64,000 nt of DNA, taken from contig DASXUF010000173.1 of NCBI GenBank assembly GCA_036504975.1, positions 2,745 through 66,744 of the forward strand, read 5' to 3'. A program made the translations under genes and the position numbers. The DNA comes from Candidatus Binatia bacterium. Lineage in GTDB: Bacteria > Desulfobacterota > Binatia > UBA9968. Shown here in pieces: positions 17,461 through 26,570 of the stretch (position 1 is the stretch's first letter; each line of letters begins with the position of its first letter). Under the pieces are notes generated by a model. The model searched no databases. It saw nothing but the letters and a program-made list of their open reading frames with translations, and was not told where the DNA came from.

Positions 17461-17924
17461 AGGTTAGGTCGGTAAGTTTCAATAACAAGAGGAAGGATTT
17501 CGTTGTCAAAGCATCCGGCAAGACGTATGCCTTTCCTTACGTCAAAGCCAGGCCGAGTCCGACTTCGGACGATCCAGTCGCCCAGGTCTATGTCGACAAA
17601 GAGCTTGGCGGCGAAGGGTTCACGTACAAGCTTCAATCGGGAAAGACGGGAACCGTACATGTAGAGCAGGTGCTGGAATACAATCGAGATCCGAACTATC
17701 TGAGAGATCTCATGCTGTATAAATTAACATTGGAGGCTCAAAGGCGCATCGCTGAAAGCCCGCTCTCCAAGCGCGAAATCGTTCGCAGGTTAGGCACTTC
17801 TGCGACTCAGCTCTATCGGCTGCTGGACCAAACCAATTATCAGAAGTCGGTGGACCAGCTTGTCTCTCTGCTTCAACTCCTGGAGTGCGACGTCGATCTG
17901 GTGGTGCGGAAGAAGTCGGCGTAG
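17457..17924 (+). CDS. DUF2442-like N-terminal domain / C-terminal HTH protein (partner of DUF4160 cassette)
   Basis: 155 aa. MKVRSVSFNNKRKDFVVKASGKTYAFPY resembles a DUF2442 beta N-terminus. SKREIVRRLGTSATQLYRLLD is an HTH. Start overlaps the upstream stop (ATGA). Confidence 0.4.
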   Translation: MKVRSVSFNNKRKDFVVKASGKTYAFPYVKARPSPTSDDPVAQVYVDKELGGEGFTYKLQSGKTGTVHVEQVLEYNRDPNYLRDLMLYKLTLEAQRRIAESPLSKREIVRRLGTSATQLYRLLDQTNYQKSVDQLVSLLQLLECDVDLVVRKKSA

Positions 17925-17951
17925 TTCTCTTCAGCGCTTCAATCTTATAAT

Positions 17952-19043
17952 TTACTTTCCCTGCTCTCTCGACTTCATTATGGATTTGGCGAGCTCGAAG
18001 ATCGGCGCCATGTCGGCGTACTCCGGCCGCGCGACGTCGAGGTATTTTCTTCCCTCGACGATTCGATTGTCCGGCGGAACGTCACCTTTGGGAATATCGA
18101 TTCGCCTGGAGTTCGGCGGGTTTTCCGGATAACCGTATTTCTGTAAAGCGATTTGTCCCTTGCGCGAGAGAAACCAGTTGATGAAAACCTTCGCCGCGTT
18201 CGGATGTGGCGCCTGATTCATGAGACTGAGAGAGCCGTTCCGTACTCCAAAAGCGCTGCCTTCTTTCCAACCGCTCGTGTCCAGAGTCTCTATGGGAAGA
18301 CCCTGAGCTCTAGCCATGGATGCGGCGCAACCGAGGCAAAGAGCAAACTTGCCCTGAGCGAGCCAGTCCGTCATCTGCCGCTGGTCCCGGCTGAATGTTA
18401 CGTCCATCCGACCGAAGAACCGCTTGATGAATTCAGGGCCCAAGTCGGGATGATGAAAGAAAAACTGCATCGGGATGCCGATGCCGGTGTTGGTAGGCTC
18501 AAACGAGACGATCTTTCCTTTCCACTTCGAATTCAAAAGATCCCAGTACGATTTGAATTCCTTCGGCTCGACCAGCGTTTCGTTGTAGGCGAGCCGCATC
18601 GCGCTGGGATTGACTTCGTACGCGAAGATGTATTTTCCCTCGGCGTCGATGTATCGGTGTTCTCCTCCGTACCAGTGAGACTGTTCCACAACTTCGGGCA
18701 ACACGAGACTCGGCTTGATGGGATCGAGCGCCTTGCCTTTATAAAGAACGTTGTAGCTGGTGTTGGCGCCACTACTGAAAACGTCCGGGATGAATTTTCC
18801 GCCCCGCCTTTCAGCGACAACCCGGCTTCCCAACTGCGAACCCGGCGCCGCCAGCGAGTTCACCTTTATTTCCGGAAACTCCTTCTCGAACCATTTTACC
18901 GCTGGCTCGTACTGGTAGATGTAAATCGTCACCTGCCCGTCTTTTTTCGCCGCTGCCAAAGTTTCGGTCCACGTCTCTGATGAGCCGGCATAGCCGGAAC
19001 CGGTAAAGGTAAGAAGAGATAGCAAAGCCCGATACAACTTCAT
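17952..19043 (-). CDS. extracellular solute-binding protein family 1 (Fe3+-type ABC SBP) with signal peptide
   Basis: Start refined to MKLYRALLSLLTFTGSGYA (cat 19041-19043). Motifs KWKGKIVSFEP and HPNAAKVFINWFLS. Confidence 0.75.
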   Translation of the reverse strand: MKLYRALLSLLTFTGSGYAGSSETWTETLAAAKKDGQVTIYIYQYEPAVKWFEKEFPEIKVNSLAAPGSQLGSRVVAERRGGKFIPDVFSSGANTSYNVLYKGKALDPIKPSLVLPEVVEQSHWYGGEHRYIDAEGKYIFAYEVNPSAMRLAYNETLVEPKEFKSYWDLLNSKWKGKIVSFEPTNTGIGIPMQFFFHHPDLGPEFIKRFFGRMDVTFSRDQRQMTDWLAQGKFALCLGCAASMARAQGLPIETLDTSGWKEGSAFGVRNGSLSLMNQAPHPNAAKVFINWFLSRKGQIALQKYGYPENPPNSRRIDIPKGDVPPDNRIVEGRKYLDVARPEYADMAPIFELAKSIMKSREQGK

Positions 19044-19248
19044 CCGCGATTTCCAATTGCGCATACTGTCACGCATTCGAAATCGGAGATAACCCACTTT
19101 TGTAAGAGCTGTCAAACAAAAAAGACGTATAGAGGAAGTCCGCAGGGGGATCTATTAAACGGACTTCGAGTCGTGTTATCTGTTGCCAGTGCTTCGCGCC
19201 GAAAAAGCGTCCCAGGGCGTCCCCTTCGCCGTAAAGGAGGGAGTCTTT

Positions 19249-20193
19249 ATGTTGTATGTGCTTTATGTCGGCCTCATCCTTTTTCCCTCGTTGTGTTTCT
19301 CCGCAGAAAAGGTTCGGCTTGCCTACCCGGCCCGCTCTTTGAGCGCGCTCCATATTCGGATCGCGCAAGAGAAAGGCTTATATCGCAAATACGACTTGGA
19401 GGTCGAAGCGATCCAGATGCGCCCGACTATCAGCGCCGCCGCGCTCATCAGCGGCGAGGTGCGTTATCTCGCCTCCGTGGGGTCCGCTATCCGTTCGGCG
19501 GGAATGGCCGCTCCCGTGAAGATCGTTTCCGTGGCGAACGTCGCCCCTTTCTTTAGCCTAGTAGCACGACCGGCTTTTGCGAAGATCGAAGCGCTTAAAG
19601 GCAAAGAGATCGGCCTTACCGGCAACCCGGGCGGCACCAACGACCGAGTCATGCGGTTCATTCTCAAGGAGGCGGGGCTCGATCCCCAAAAGGATGTTCA
19701 ACTTATCTACGCGGGCGATCCGCCGCTTCTTTATTCGTCCTTTCAGGGCGGACGTTTTGACGCGATGTTCGTAAGCCTTCCCTTTCCCGTTCTGGCGGAA
19801 CAACAAGGCTATCGGATTCTGGTCAATGCGGCGGAGCGGATCAGGGTTCCGCTATCGGGCCTGGCGGTCACCGAAAGCACGCTCAAGGCCGGCCGAGATC
19901 AGGTGAAAAGAATGATCAAGGCCGATGTCGAGGCGCGCCGGTTGATCAGAAGAGAAAAGGAGACGGCCGTCGAGGTCATGGTCGGTTGGCTAGGCCTGGA
20001 TCGCCCCGTCGCACGGCGTTCCTATGATCTCTACCTTCCGGCTGTGAGCGGAGATCCTACTGTGGAACGGGAAGGCGTGCGCCTCATTTTGGATATGGAA
20101 GTGGAGAGCGGAGTTCCGATCAAAATTAGGGACCCGGATCAGATCGTCGACGCCAAGATCGTCGAAGAGGTCAGGAGAGAACTCTCGCAGTGA
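19249..20193 (+). CDS. NMT1/THI5-like ABC substrate-binding protein with signal peptide
   Basis: Start refined to MLYVLYVGLILFPSLCFSAEK (ATG 19249), preceded by a perfect AAAGGAGGG Shine-Dalgarno at 19233-19241. Confidence 0.7.
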   Translation: MLYVLYVGLILFPSLCFSAEKVRLAYPARSLSALHIRIAQEKGLYRKYDLEVEAIQMRPTISAAALISGEVRYLASVGSAIRSAGMAAPVKIVSVANVAPFFSLVARPAFAKIEALKGKEIGLTGNPGGTNDRVMRFILKEAGLDPQKDVQLIYAGDPPLLYSSFQGGRFDAMFVSLPFPVLAEQQGYRILVNAAERIRVPLSGLAVTESTLKAGRDQVKRMIKADVEARRLIRREKETAVEVMVGWLGLDRPVARRSYDLYLPAVSGDPTVEREGVRLILDMEVESGVPIKIRDPDQIVDAKIVEEVRRELSQ

Positions 20194-20304
20194 ACAGGCG
20201 TGCATGATCGATGCTGACCCTCGGAGTACGCGCCTGACCGCTAAGAGTCGAAGGCGGCCTGCCTGCTCACAGGCGAGATTCGGAGCCATCGATTGCAACC
20301 AACC

Positions 20305-21213
20305 ATGAGCAAGCTCTGTACTCTTGGAGAAGCGATCTCCAGCATTCCAAACGGCGCGGCGGTGGCGATGGGCTGCGGCCTTGAGTCCCTGATTCCCTTT
20401 GCCGCCGGCTATGAGATCATGCGTCAGAAGAAACGCGACCTCACGCTGATCGCGCCGATCTCGGATATCCAGTTCGATCAGCTCATCGGCGCAGGCTCGG
20501 CGAGAAAAATCATCGCCGCCTGGGTGGGCAACGTCGCCGCCGGGCTGGGGCACAATTTTCGCCGGGCGATGGAAGAGGGCGTTCCGCGGCCGCTCGAAAT
20601 CGAAGAGCACTCCAACTTCACGATCGCTCTCGCTCTCAAGGCCGCCGGCATGGGCGTGCCCTACCTGCCGACGCGCACGGCGCTCGGGAGCGATTTCAGC
20701 CGCGCGCCGCATTTCAACGCGATCACCTGCCCGTTCACCGGCGACAAGCTGCTCGCCGTGCGCGCGGTCGCGCCGGACGTGGCGATTCTCCACGTCCAGC
20801 GCGCGGATGACGAAGGCAACGCTCACCTCTGGGGCAACCTCGGCGTGGTGCGCGAAGCGGCGTTAGCGGCGAAGCGCGTGATCCTGACTTGCGAAGAGAG
20901 AGTCGATCACGAGATGATTCTCAGCGATCCCAACCGGACTCTGATTCCGGGATTTCTCGTTTCCCATGTGGTCAAGGCGCCGTTCGGCTCGCACCCGTCG
21001 CCAACTCAGGGCTATGCCAGAAGGGACGACGGGTTTTATTTCGACTATCACCGGCAATCGCGCGCCCTTGAGGGTTTTCAAGAATGGCTCGGCAAGTGGG
21101 TTTTCGGAACGGGCGGACACGACGGCTATCTCGATCTTCTCGGCAAAGAGCGGCGCGAGCGGCTCACCCCCGGAAAAGAGGTTTTCTCGCCGGCGGTCAA
21201 TTTCAGCGTGTAG
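20305..21213 (+). CDS. CoA-transferase subunit A (glutaconate/3-oxoacid CoA-transferase family)
   Basis: Start at MSKLCTLGEAISSIPNGAAVAMG; CoA-transferase family I alpha-subunit N-terminus. Confidence 0.8.
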   Translation: MSKLCTLGEAISSIPNGAAVAMGCGLESLIPFAAGYEIMRQKKRDLTLIAPISDIQFDQLIGAGSARKIIAAWVGNVAAGLGHNFRRAMEEGVPRPLEIEEHSNFTIALALKAAGMGVPYLPTRTALGSDFSRAPHFNAITCPFTGDKLLAVRAVAPDVAILHVQRADDEGNAHLWGNLGVVREAALAAKRVILTCEERVDHEMILSDPNRTLIPGFLVSHVVKAPFGSHPSPTQGYARRDDGFYFDYHRQSRALEGFQEWLGKWVFGTGGHDGYLDLLGKERRERLTPGKEVFSPAVNFSV

Positions 21214-21383
21214 CACGGGTGGCTAACGCTCTCGGGAGCGAGCCTATTCGGGCAACGGCAATAGATCCTGCCATTAGGCGACCTTCGCGATCGGTGCCGT
21301 TGCCCGTCGCGACTCGCCCCGTCGATCGCCGCACGGCATGATTTTTTCTCGCACCATGAGAGTGCCGGGCTAGGTGACGGCAG

Positions 21384-22142
21384 ATGGACTATACGCTCAA
21401 AGAACTGATGGTGATCGCGGCGGCCCGGGAGATCCGCGATGGAGAGATCGTCTTCGTCGGGATGCGGCTGCCGCTTCTGGGCTTCGCCGTCGCCAAAGAG
21501 CTTCATGCGCCGCGCGCCGTCGGCCTCTTCGAGAACGGCGTCATCCGCGACTGGCCCGCGCTCGCGCCGATCTTCACGATGAGCGATCCGCCCAATGTAA
21601 GCCGCTCGCTTTCATGTTGCGGCCTGGTCGACGTGATGTCGCTCCTGCAAGCCGGTCGCGTCGATCTCGGCTTCATCGGCGGCGCCGAGATCGACCGCTT
21701 CGGCAACCTCAATACGCACTGGGTCGAGGAAAACGGCAGGCGCGTGCGGCTTCCGGGAAGCGGCGGCGCGGCGGACATCGCCAGTCTGGCCGGGCGCTGC
21801 ATCATTATTATGAACCACGAGCGGCGACGTTTTCCGTCGAAAGTGCACTTCATCACCTCGCCCGGCCACGGAGAAGGGAAAGGCTGGCGCGAGGGAAAAA
21901 ATCTCAAGGGAGGCGGCCCGGCGCGAGTGATAACGAGCCTGGGGATTTTTTCCTTTGACCCGGAGAGCCGCGAGATGGTTTTAAGCTCGTTCCATCTCGG
22001 GCTCTCCATCGAGAAAATCCGGCAGGAAACCGGCTGGGCTCTCAGGGTTGCCGATGAGGTTCGCGAGACCCAATCGCCATCCGCCGAAGAGCTTGTCGCA
22101 GTGAGAAAGTACGACCCAAATGGAGTTTGGACCGGGAATTAG
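21384..22142 (+). CDS. CoA-transferase subunit B
   Basis: 252 aa. MDYTLKELMVIAAAREIRDGEIVFVGMRLP...FIGGAEIDRFGNLN...GSGGAADIA is a beta-subunit signature containing the catalytic Glu region. Confidence 0.8.
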   Translation: MDYTLKELMVIAAAREIRDGEIVFVGMRLPLLGFAVAKELHAPRAVGLFENGVIRDWPALAPIFTMSDPPNVSRSLSCCGLVDVMSLLQAGRVDLGFIGGAEIDRFGNLNTHWVEENGRRVRLPGSGGAADIASLAGRCIIIMNHERRRFPSKVHFITSPGHGEGKGWREGKNLKGGGPARVITSLGIFSFDPESREMVLSSFHLGLSIEKIRQETGWALRVADEVRETQSPSAEELVAVRKYDPNGVWTGN

Positions 22143-22248
22143 GCGGGAGATCGCCGTTCAACGCGGTGGGTCGGAAGCGCGGCAGGGGGTCCAAGATCGC
22201 CATGAGCGTCATCCCGCGGGCCCTTTAAGGAAAGTCACAGGCGAGATG

Positions 22249-22323
22249 TGGTGCGCCCGCCGAGAGTCGAACTCGGACTTAAGGCTTCGGAGGCCTTCGT
22301 GATATCCGTTTCACTACGGGCGC
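22249..22323 (-). tRNA. tRNA-Arg (anticodon CCG)
   Basis: Reverse complement folds as a 75-nt cloverleaf. Acceptor GCGCCCG/CGGGCGC, D-stem GTGA/TCAC, anticodon stem AAGGC/GCCTT with loop CTCCGAA (CCG), T-arm CCGAG-TTCGACT-CTCGG. CCA encoded. Confidence 0.85.
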
Positions 22324-22466
22324 GCGAAGATTGTTCTATCAACCGACTTCCGCTCAGTCAATGTTGTCGCTCTGTTGTTCGCTCTCGGGAGGCGCGCTCT
22401 CAACTGCGGCCGATAGGGCGGTCATCCGGAGTGTGGTGTTTCAGAAATTCGCCGTCCATGTCAGAC

Positions 22467-22557
22467 CGTCATTCCGGCCGAGCGGGCCGATGCTCGCGAG
22501 AGCCGGAATCCAGGGAATTCAAAAAGGGTCTGGATTCCCGCTTTCGCGGGAATGACG
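22467..22557. repeat. MITE/REP-like element with 9-bp terminal inverted repeats (CGTCATTCC / GGAATGACG)
   Basis: Internal hairpin GGATTCCCGCTTTCGCGGGAATGAC. It generates the spurious ...DSRFRGND... ORF (22248-22580) characteristic of dispersed repeat elements. Lies next to tRNA-Arg. Confidence 0.45.
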
Positions 22558-22576
22558 CTGATGGACTACCGGAACA

Positions 22577-23368
22577 CTAACGACTCTGTTTTACTTCCTT
22601 GAGCGCTTCGAGCATCTCGGCGTGGATCAGGCCGTTGGACGCCAGCGTCTCTTCGCCCGAGATCGAAAACGGCTTGCCGGAAAAATCCGTGACGGTGCCG
22701 CCCGCTTCGCGGACGATCAGCGTCCCCGCCGCCGTGTCCCAGGGATGTAGCTTCAGCTCCCAAAAGCCGTCCAGCCGGCCGCAGGCCAGATAACAGAGAT
22801 CGAGAGCCGCCGCTCCCGCGCGTCGGATCCCCTGGCTGCGCTTGGCGAAGGCGCGAAAGAACTTGAGATAGAAATCGATATTCTCGCGATGATCGTAGGG
22901 GAAGCCGGTCGCCAGCAGAGCCTTATCAAGCTCTGGAATCTTTGAGGTGCTGATCGGCCTGTCGTTCAGCAGCGCGCCTTCCCCTTTGATCGCGCTGAAG
23001 CCTTCTTCGCGCAGCGGATCATAGACGACGCCGAGAACGACCTGTCCCTCGTGCTCCAGCGCGATCGAGACGGCGAACTGCGGATAGGAATGGGCGAAGT
23101 TGGTCGTGCCGTCGAGCGGATCGATGAGCCAGCGATAGTCGCTGCCGGGCGCCACGATCGCCGTCTCTTCCTCGGCGAGAATCGAGTGGTCGGGAAAGTT
23201 CTTGAGCAACAAATCGACGATCTTTTCCTCCGCCTGCCGGTCGGTCGCGGTCACGAGGTTGATGGTCGATTTGTAATGCACTTCTTTGGCCTGTTGCCAG
23301 TTTTCCCGGATCAAACCGCCCGCAAGTCTCGCTGCCCGCCACGCGACCGAGAGAAATTTTTTCATCAT
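22577..23368 (-). CDS. suhB: inositol monophosphatase family protein (SuhB-like)
   Basis: 263 aa. IMPase motifs AEEE, WLIDPLDGTTNF, WDTAAG. Confidence 0.85.
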   Translation of the reverse strand: MMKKFLSVAWRAARLAGGLIRENWQQAKEVHYKSTINLVTATDRQAEEKIVDLLLKNFPDHSILAEEETAIVAPGSDYRWLIDPLDGTTNFAHSYPQFAVSIALEHEGQVVLGVVYDPLREEGFSAIKGEGALLNDRPISTSKIPELDKALLATGFPYDHRENIDFYLKFFRAFAKRSQGIRRAGAAALDLCYLACGRLDGFWELKLHPWDTAAGTLIVREAGGTVTDFSGKPFSISGEETLASNGLIHAEMLEALKEVKQSR

Positions 23369-23423
23369 CGCTCCATGCTTTCCGTCTTGGCAAAGGTGAA
23401 TACCCTATGTTACCTAATCGAGC

Positions 23424-24278
23424 ATGAGGATTCGAGCGCCCGCGAAGATAAATTTATCTTTGCGGGTGGTGGGGAAGAGGCGCGACGGTTACCATCTCCT
23501 CGACACCCTCATGATCCCGATCGGCCTGTACGATGAAATCGAGATCACGAGGCCCAAGCGCCGTCATGCGGCGAAGGGTCTTACCGTTACTTGCGACCAT
23601 TCGCTGGTCCCGTCGGGAAAACGGAACCTGGCCTATCGAGCGGCCGAGGTGCTGCTCGGAAAGCGAGCCGCTCGCGAGGCTCTTCATATCGACATCCGGA
23701 AGAACATTCCGGTCGGCGCCGGGCTTGGCGGCGGCAGCAGCGACGCCGCGGCGGTTTTGCTGGGGCTCAACCGGCTGTTCCAGCTTAAAAAAACCCGGCG
23801 CGAGCTTCTTTCGCTGGCGGCCGCGCTCGGCGCGGATGTGCCCTTTTTTATCTACGGTCGCCCCGCCAGGGCGCGAGGGATTGGGGATGAAGTCCATCCA
23901 CGGCGCACCCACCGGCGGTTTTGGGTAGTCATCCTGTATCCCGGGTTCCCTATATCGACCTCATGGGTGTATCGGAATCTGTCTTACACGTTGACAAAAG
24001 GTATTGAAAATACTAGCCTTAATTTTTCGGCACGCAGTGGCAAAAAGCTTGCACGATCGTTGGTCAATGACCTGGAAAAGGTTGTTTTTCGCCGCTACCC
24101 TAAAGTCGCCTTTCTCAAAAAGCGGCTGCTCCAGGAAGGCGCTGCGGGGGCTCTGATGTCGGGGAGCGGCTCATCGGTGTTTGGGATTTTTTTTACCGGA
24201 GACAAGGCCAGAAAAGCGTTTCTCCGTTTGCGCAAGGAGGATGGGACACAAGCGTATCTTGTGCGATCATTGAGCTGA
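23424..24278 (+). CDS. ispE: 4-diphosphocytidyl-2-C-methyl-D-erythritol kinase
   Basis: MRIRAPAKINLSLRVVGKRRDGYHLL N-terminus and GHMP kinase motif PVGAGLGGGSSDAAA. Confidence 0.85.
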   Translation: MRIRAPAKINLSLRVVGKRRDGYHLLDTLMIPIGLYDEIEITRPKRRHAAKGLTVTCDHSLVPSGKRNLAYRAAEVLLGKRAAREALHIDIRKNIPVGAGLGGGSSDAAAVLLGLNRLFQLKKTRRELLSLAAALGADVPFFIYGRPARARGIGDEVHPRRTHRRFWVVILYPGFPISTSWVYRNLSYTLTKGIENTSLNFSARSGKKLARSLVNDLEKVVFRRYPKVAFLKKRLLQEGAAGALMSGSGSSVFGIFFTGDKARKAFLRLRKEDGTQAYLVRSLS

Positions 24279-24341
24279 GACAGAAAGCCTAACGTACAAC
24301 TCGCTGAGCACCCTGGCAGGCTCGACGCAAAGGGGGTCCCT

Positions 24342-24629
24342 ATGGAGATTACGGAGGTTAGGGTCTTTCCTGTCAACGAGGAAAAGCTCAGGGCTTACGT
24401 TACGATCACGTTTGACCAGTGTTTCGTCATCAGGGATCTCAAGATTATCCAGGGCGCAACGGGCCTGTTTGTTTCGATGCCGAGCAAGAAGCGCAAGGAC
24501 GGCACGTATAGAGACATCGCTCATCCCATCAACAACGAGACTCGCAGGATGATCGAAGAAAAGATCATCGCCGAATATCACAAAGTGGTCGCTGAGGGCG
24601 GTGGAGAGCGAGCGCTAGGCGGTCAATGA
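24342..24629 (+). CDS. spoVG: septation protein SpoVG
   Basis: 95 aa. MEITEVRVFPVNEEKLRAYVTITFDQCFVIRDLKIIQG is near-consensus SpoVG. Confidence 0.85.
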   Translation: MEITEVRVFPVNEEKLRAYVTITFDQCFVIRDLKIIQGATGLFVSMPSKKRKDGTYRDIAHPINNETRRMIEEKIIAEYHKVVAEGGGERALGGQ

Positions 24630-24675
24630 TGAGAGTTCCTCGAAGAGCGCGCGAGCTCTTTGAGGAGTTCGGGGT

Positions 24676-24749
24676 TGGGCGGTCGCCAAGTGGTAAGGCC
24701 CCGGACTTTGGATCCGGTATCGAAGGTTCGAATCCTTCCCGCCCAGCCA
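24676..24749 (+). tRNA. tRNA-Gln (anticodon TTG)
   Basis: 74-nt cloverleaf. Acceptor TGGGCGG/CCGCCCA, D-arm GCC-AAGTGGTAA-GGC, anticodon stem CCGGA/TCCGG with loop CTTTGGA (TTG), T-arm GAAGG-TTCGAAT-CCTTC. CCA encoded. Confidence 0.85.
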
Positions 24750-24827
24750 GTTTTTCCAAGATGATGGAGATGCCGGAGTTGATTTGACACTCCGGCTGTT
24801 CTATTTTTAACGGGTTCGCCGTAAGCC

Positions 24828-25781
24828 ATGAGCCAGCATCAAGACGACTTGAAAATCTTCGCCGGCAATTCGAATCTGCCGCTCGCGCAGGAGATTTGCC
24901 AGCACCTCAAGATCCCGCTCGGCCAGGCGACGGTGGAAACCTTCAGCGACGGGGAAAGCCGGGTCGAGGTCAAAGAAAACGTGCGCGGCGGCGACGTGTT
25001 CGTGATCCAGTCCACCTGTTCGCCGGGAAACAACAACCTGATGGAATTGTTGCTGATGCTGGACGCCTTCAAGCGCGCCTCGGCGAAGCGGATCACCGCG
25101 GTCATCCCCTATTATGGCTACGCCCGGCAGGACCGCAAGGTCGCGCCGCGGGTCCCCATCAGCGCGAAGCTGGTGGCCGACCTGATCACGACCGCGGGGG
25201 CATCGCGAATTCTCACGATGGACCTCCACTCGGGACAGATCCAGGGATTTTTTAACATCCCCGTGGACAATCTCTACGCGACCCCGGTGCTGCTTCAGTA
25301 CTTGAAGCGACGGCTCAATCACAGCGAGGTGACGATCGTCTCGCCGGACGCCGGCGGCGTGGAGCGGGCGCGCGATTTTGCGACTAGGCTCGACGCTTCG
25401 CTCGCGATCATCGACAAGCGGCGGTCGGGTCCCAACGTCGTTGCCGAGATGAACATCATCGGCGAGGTCAAGGGACAGATCGCGGTGCTGCTCGACGACA
25501 TGGTGGACACGGCCGGGACGTTGACGATGGCCTCCGGCGCGCTCAAGCGCGAAGGGGCCAGGAGAATTCTCGCGTGCTGCACGCATGCGGTATTGTCCGG
25601 GCCGGCGATTCAGAAGATCAATGAGTCGCCCTTGGAAGAGTTGATCGCCACAAATTCCGTTCCGCTCAGCCCGCAATCGGCAAGCTGCAACAAAATCAAA
25701 GTTCTTTCCGTCGCCCACCTGATCGGCGAAGCGATCCGGCGCACGCACGAGGAGCGGTCGATCAGCTCGCTCTTCGACTGA
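24828..25781 (+). CDS. prs: ribose-phosphate pyrophosphokinase
   Basis: 317 aa. PRPP synthetase signature DLHSGQIQGFF and PRPP-binding loop VLLDDMVDTAGT. Confidence 0.9.
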   Translation: MSQHQDDLKIFAGNSNLPLAQEICQHLKIPLGQATVETFSDGESRVEVKENVRGGDVFVIQSTCSPGNNNLMELLLMLDAFKRASAKRITAVIPYYGYARQDRKVAPRVPISAKLVADLITTAGASRILTMDLHSGQIQGFFNIPVDNLYATPVLLQYLKRRLNHSEVTIVSPDAGGVERARDFATRLDASLAIIDKRRSGPNVVAEMNIIGEVKGQIAVLLDDMVDTAGTLTMASGALKREGARRILACCTHAVLSGPAIQKINESPLEELIATNSVPLSPQSASCNKIKVLSVAHLIGEAIRRTHEERSISSLFD

Positions 25782-25812
25782 GCGAGCGGAAAAATTTTAG
25801 GAGGTCGTATCA

Positions 25813-26484
25813 GTGGAAACCGTCGAGATAAAGATCGAACCGCGCGAGACCGGGGCCAAAGGCAAAGCGAAGCGTCTGCGCCGCGACGGCAAGCTGCCGG
25901 GCGTTTTTTACGGACCCAAGACCCAAACGGTTCCGCTGGAGGTCGATAGGAAGGACTTTCTCACCCGCGTCGCCGATCTGGAGGGGTCGCATCTCATCCG
26001 CATCAAATCCGCGTCGCCGCTGCTGGCGGACAGGGTCGCGCTCGTGAAAGAGATGCAGTTCCATCCCGTTACGGGCGAAATCGTCCATGCGGATTTCTAT
26101 GAAGTCGATCTCTCCGCGAAGATCCGCGTCAAGGTGCCGCTCCACTTCGTCGGCAAGGCGGCGGGCGTCGTCCGCGGCGGGATTCTCCAGCCGGTCGTGC
26201 GCGAAGTCGAGGTCGAATGTCTGCCGATGGATATACCGGAGTTTTTCGACGTCGAGGTTTCGGCGCTCGATATCGGCGATTCACTGCACGTTACCGAGCT
26301 GACTATGCCGGAGGGCGTTACCGCCGCCTCTGAATCAGACCTGACGCTCGTCACGGTTGTGCCGCCCAGCATCGAAGAGGCGCCGACGCCGGTCGAGGCG
26401 CCTGTCGTTGCGGTCGAGGGAGCGGAAGCGCCTGCGGCCCCCGTCGAGGAGAAGAAAGAGGAAGAGGGCAAAGAGGAGAAATGA
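25813..26484 (+). CDS. rplY: 50S ribosomal protein L25 / general stress protein Ctc
   Basis: GTG start after AGGAGG. N-terminal L25 domain (RRLRRDGKLPGVFYG) plus acidic C-terminal extension. Confidence 0.85.
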   Translation: METVEIKIEPRETGAKGKAKRLRRDGKLPGVFYGPKTQTVPLEVDRKDFLTRVADLEGSHLIRIKSASPLLADRVALVKEMQFHPVTGEIVHADFYEVDLSAKIRVKVPLHFVGKAAGVVRGGILQPVVREVEVECLPMDIPEFFDVEVSALDIGDSLHVTELTMPEGVTAASESDLTLVTVVPPSIEEAPTPVEAPVVAVEGAEAPAAPVEEKKEEEGKEEK

Positions 26485-26570
26485 TCGTGTTTCGTGTTCG
26501 TGCTGAAATCACCGACGCGCCTACGAATACGGCATGCGGCGAGCGCGGTTTCTCTCAGAAACTCTGATCA

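Noticed and set aside
14288-22323. Integrase, transposase or recombinase associated with the tRNA-Arg att-like repeats
   Set aside because: Every ORF over 100 aa in the interval was examined; none shows tyrosine-recombinase (R..H..R..Y) or serine-recombinase/DDE motifs. I report the repeats but do not call a mobile_element feature.
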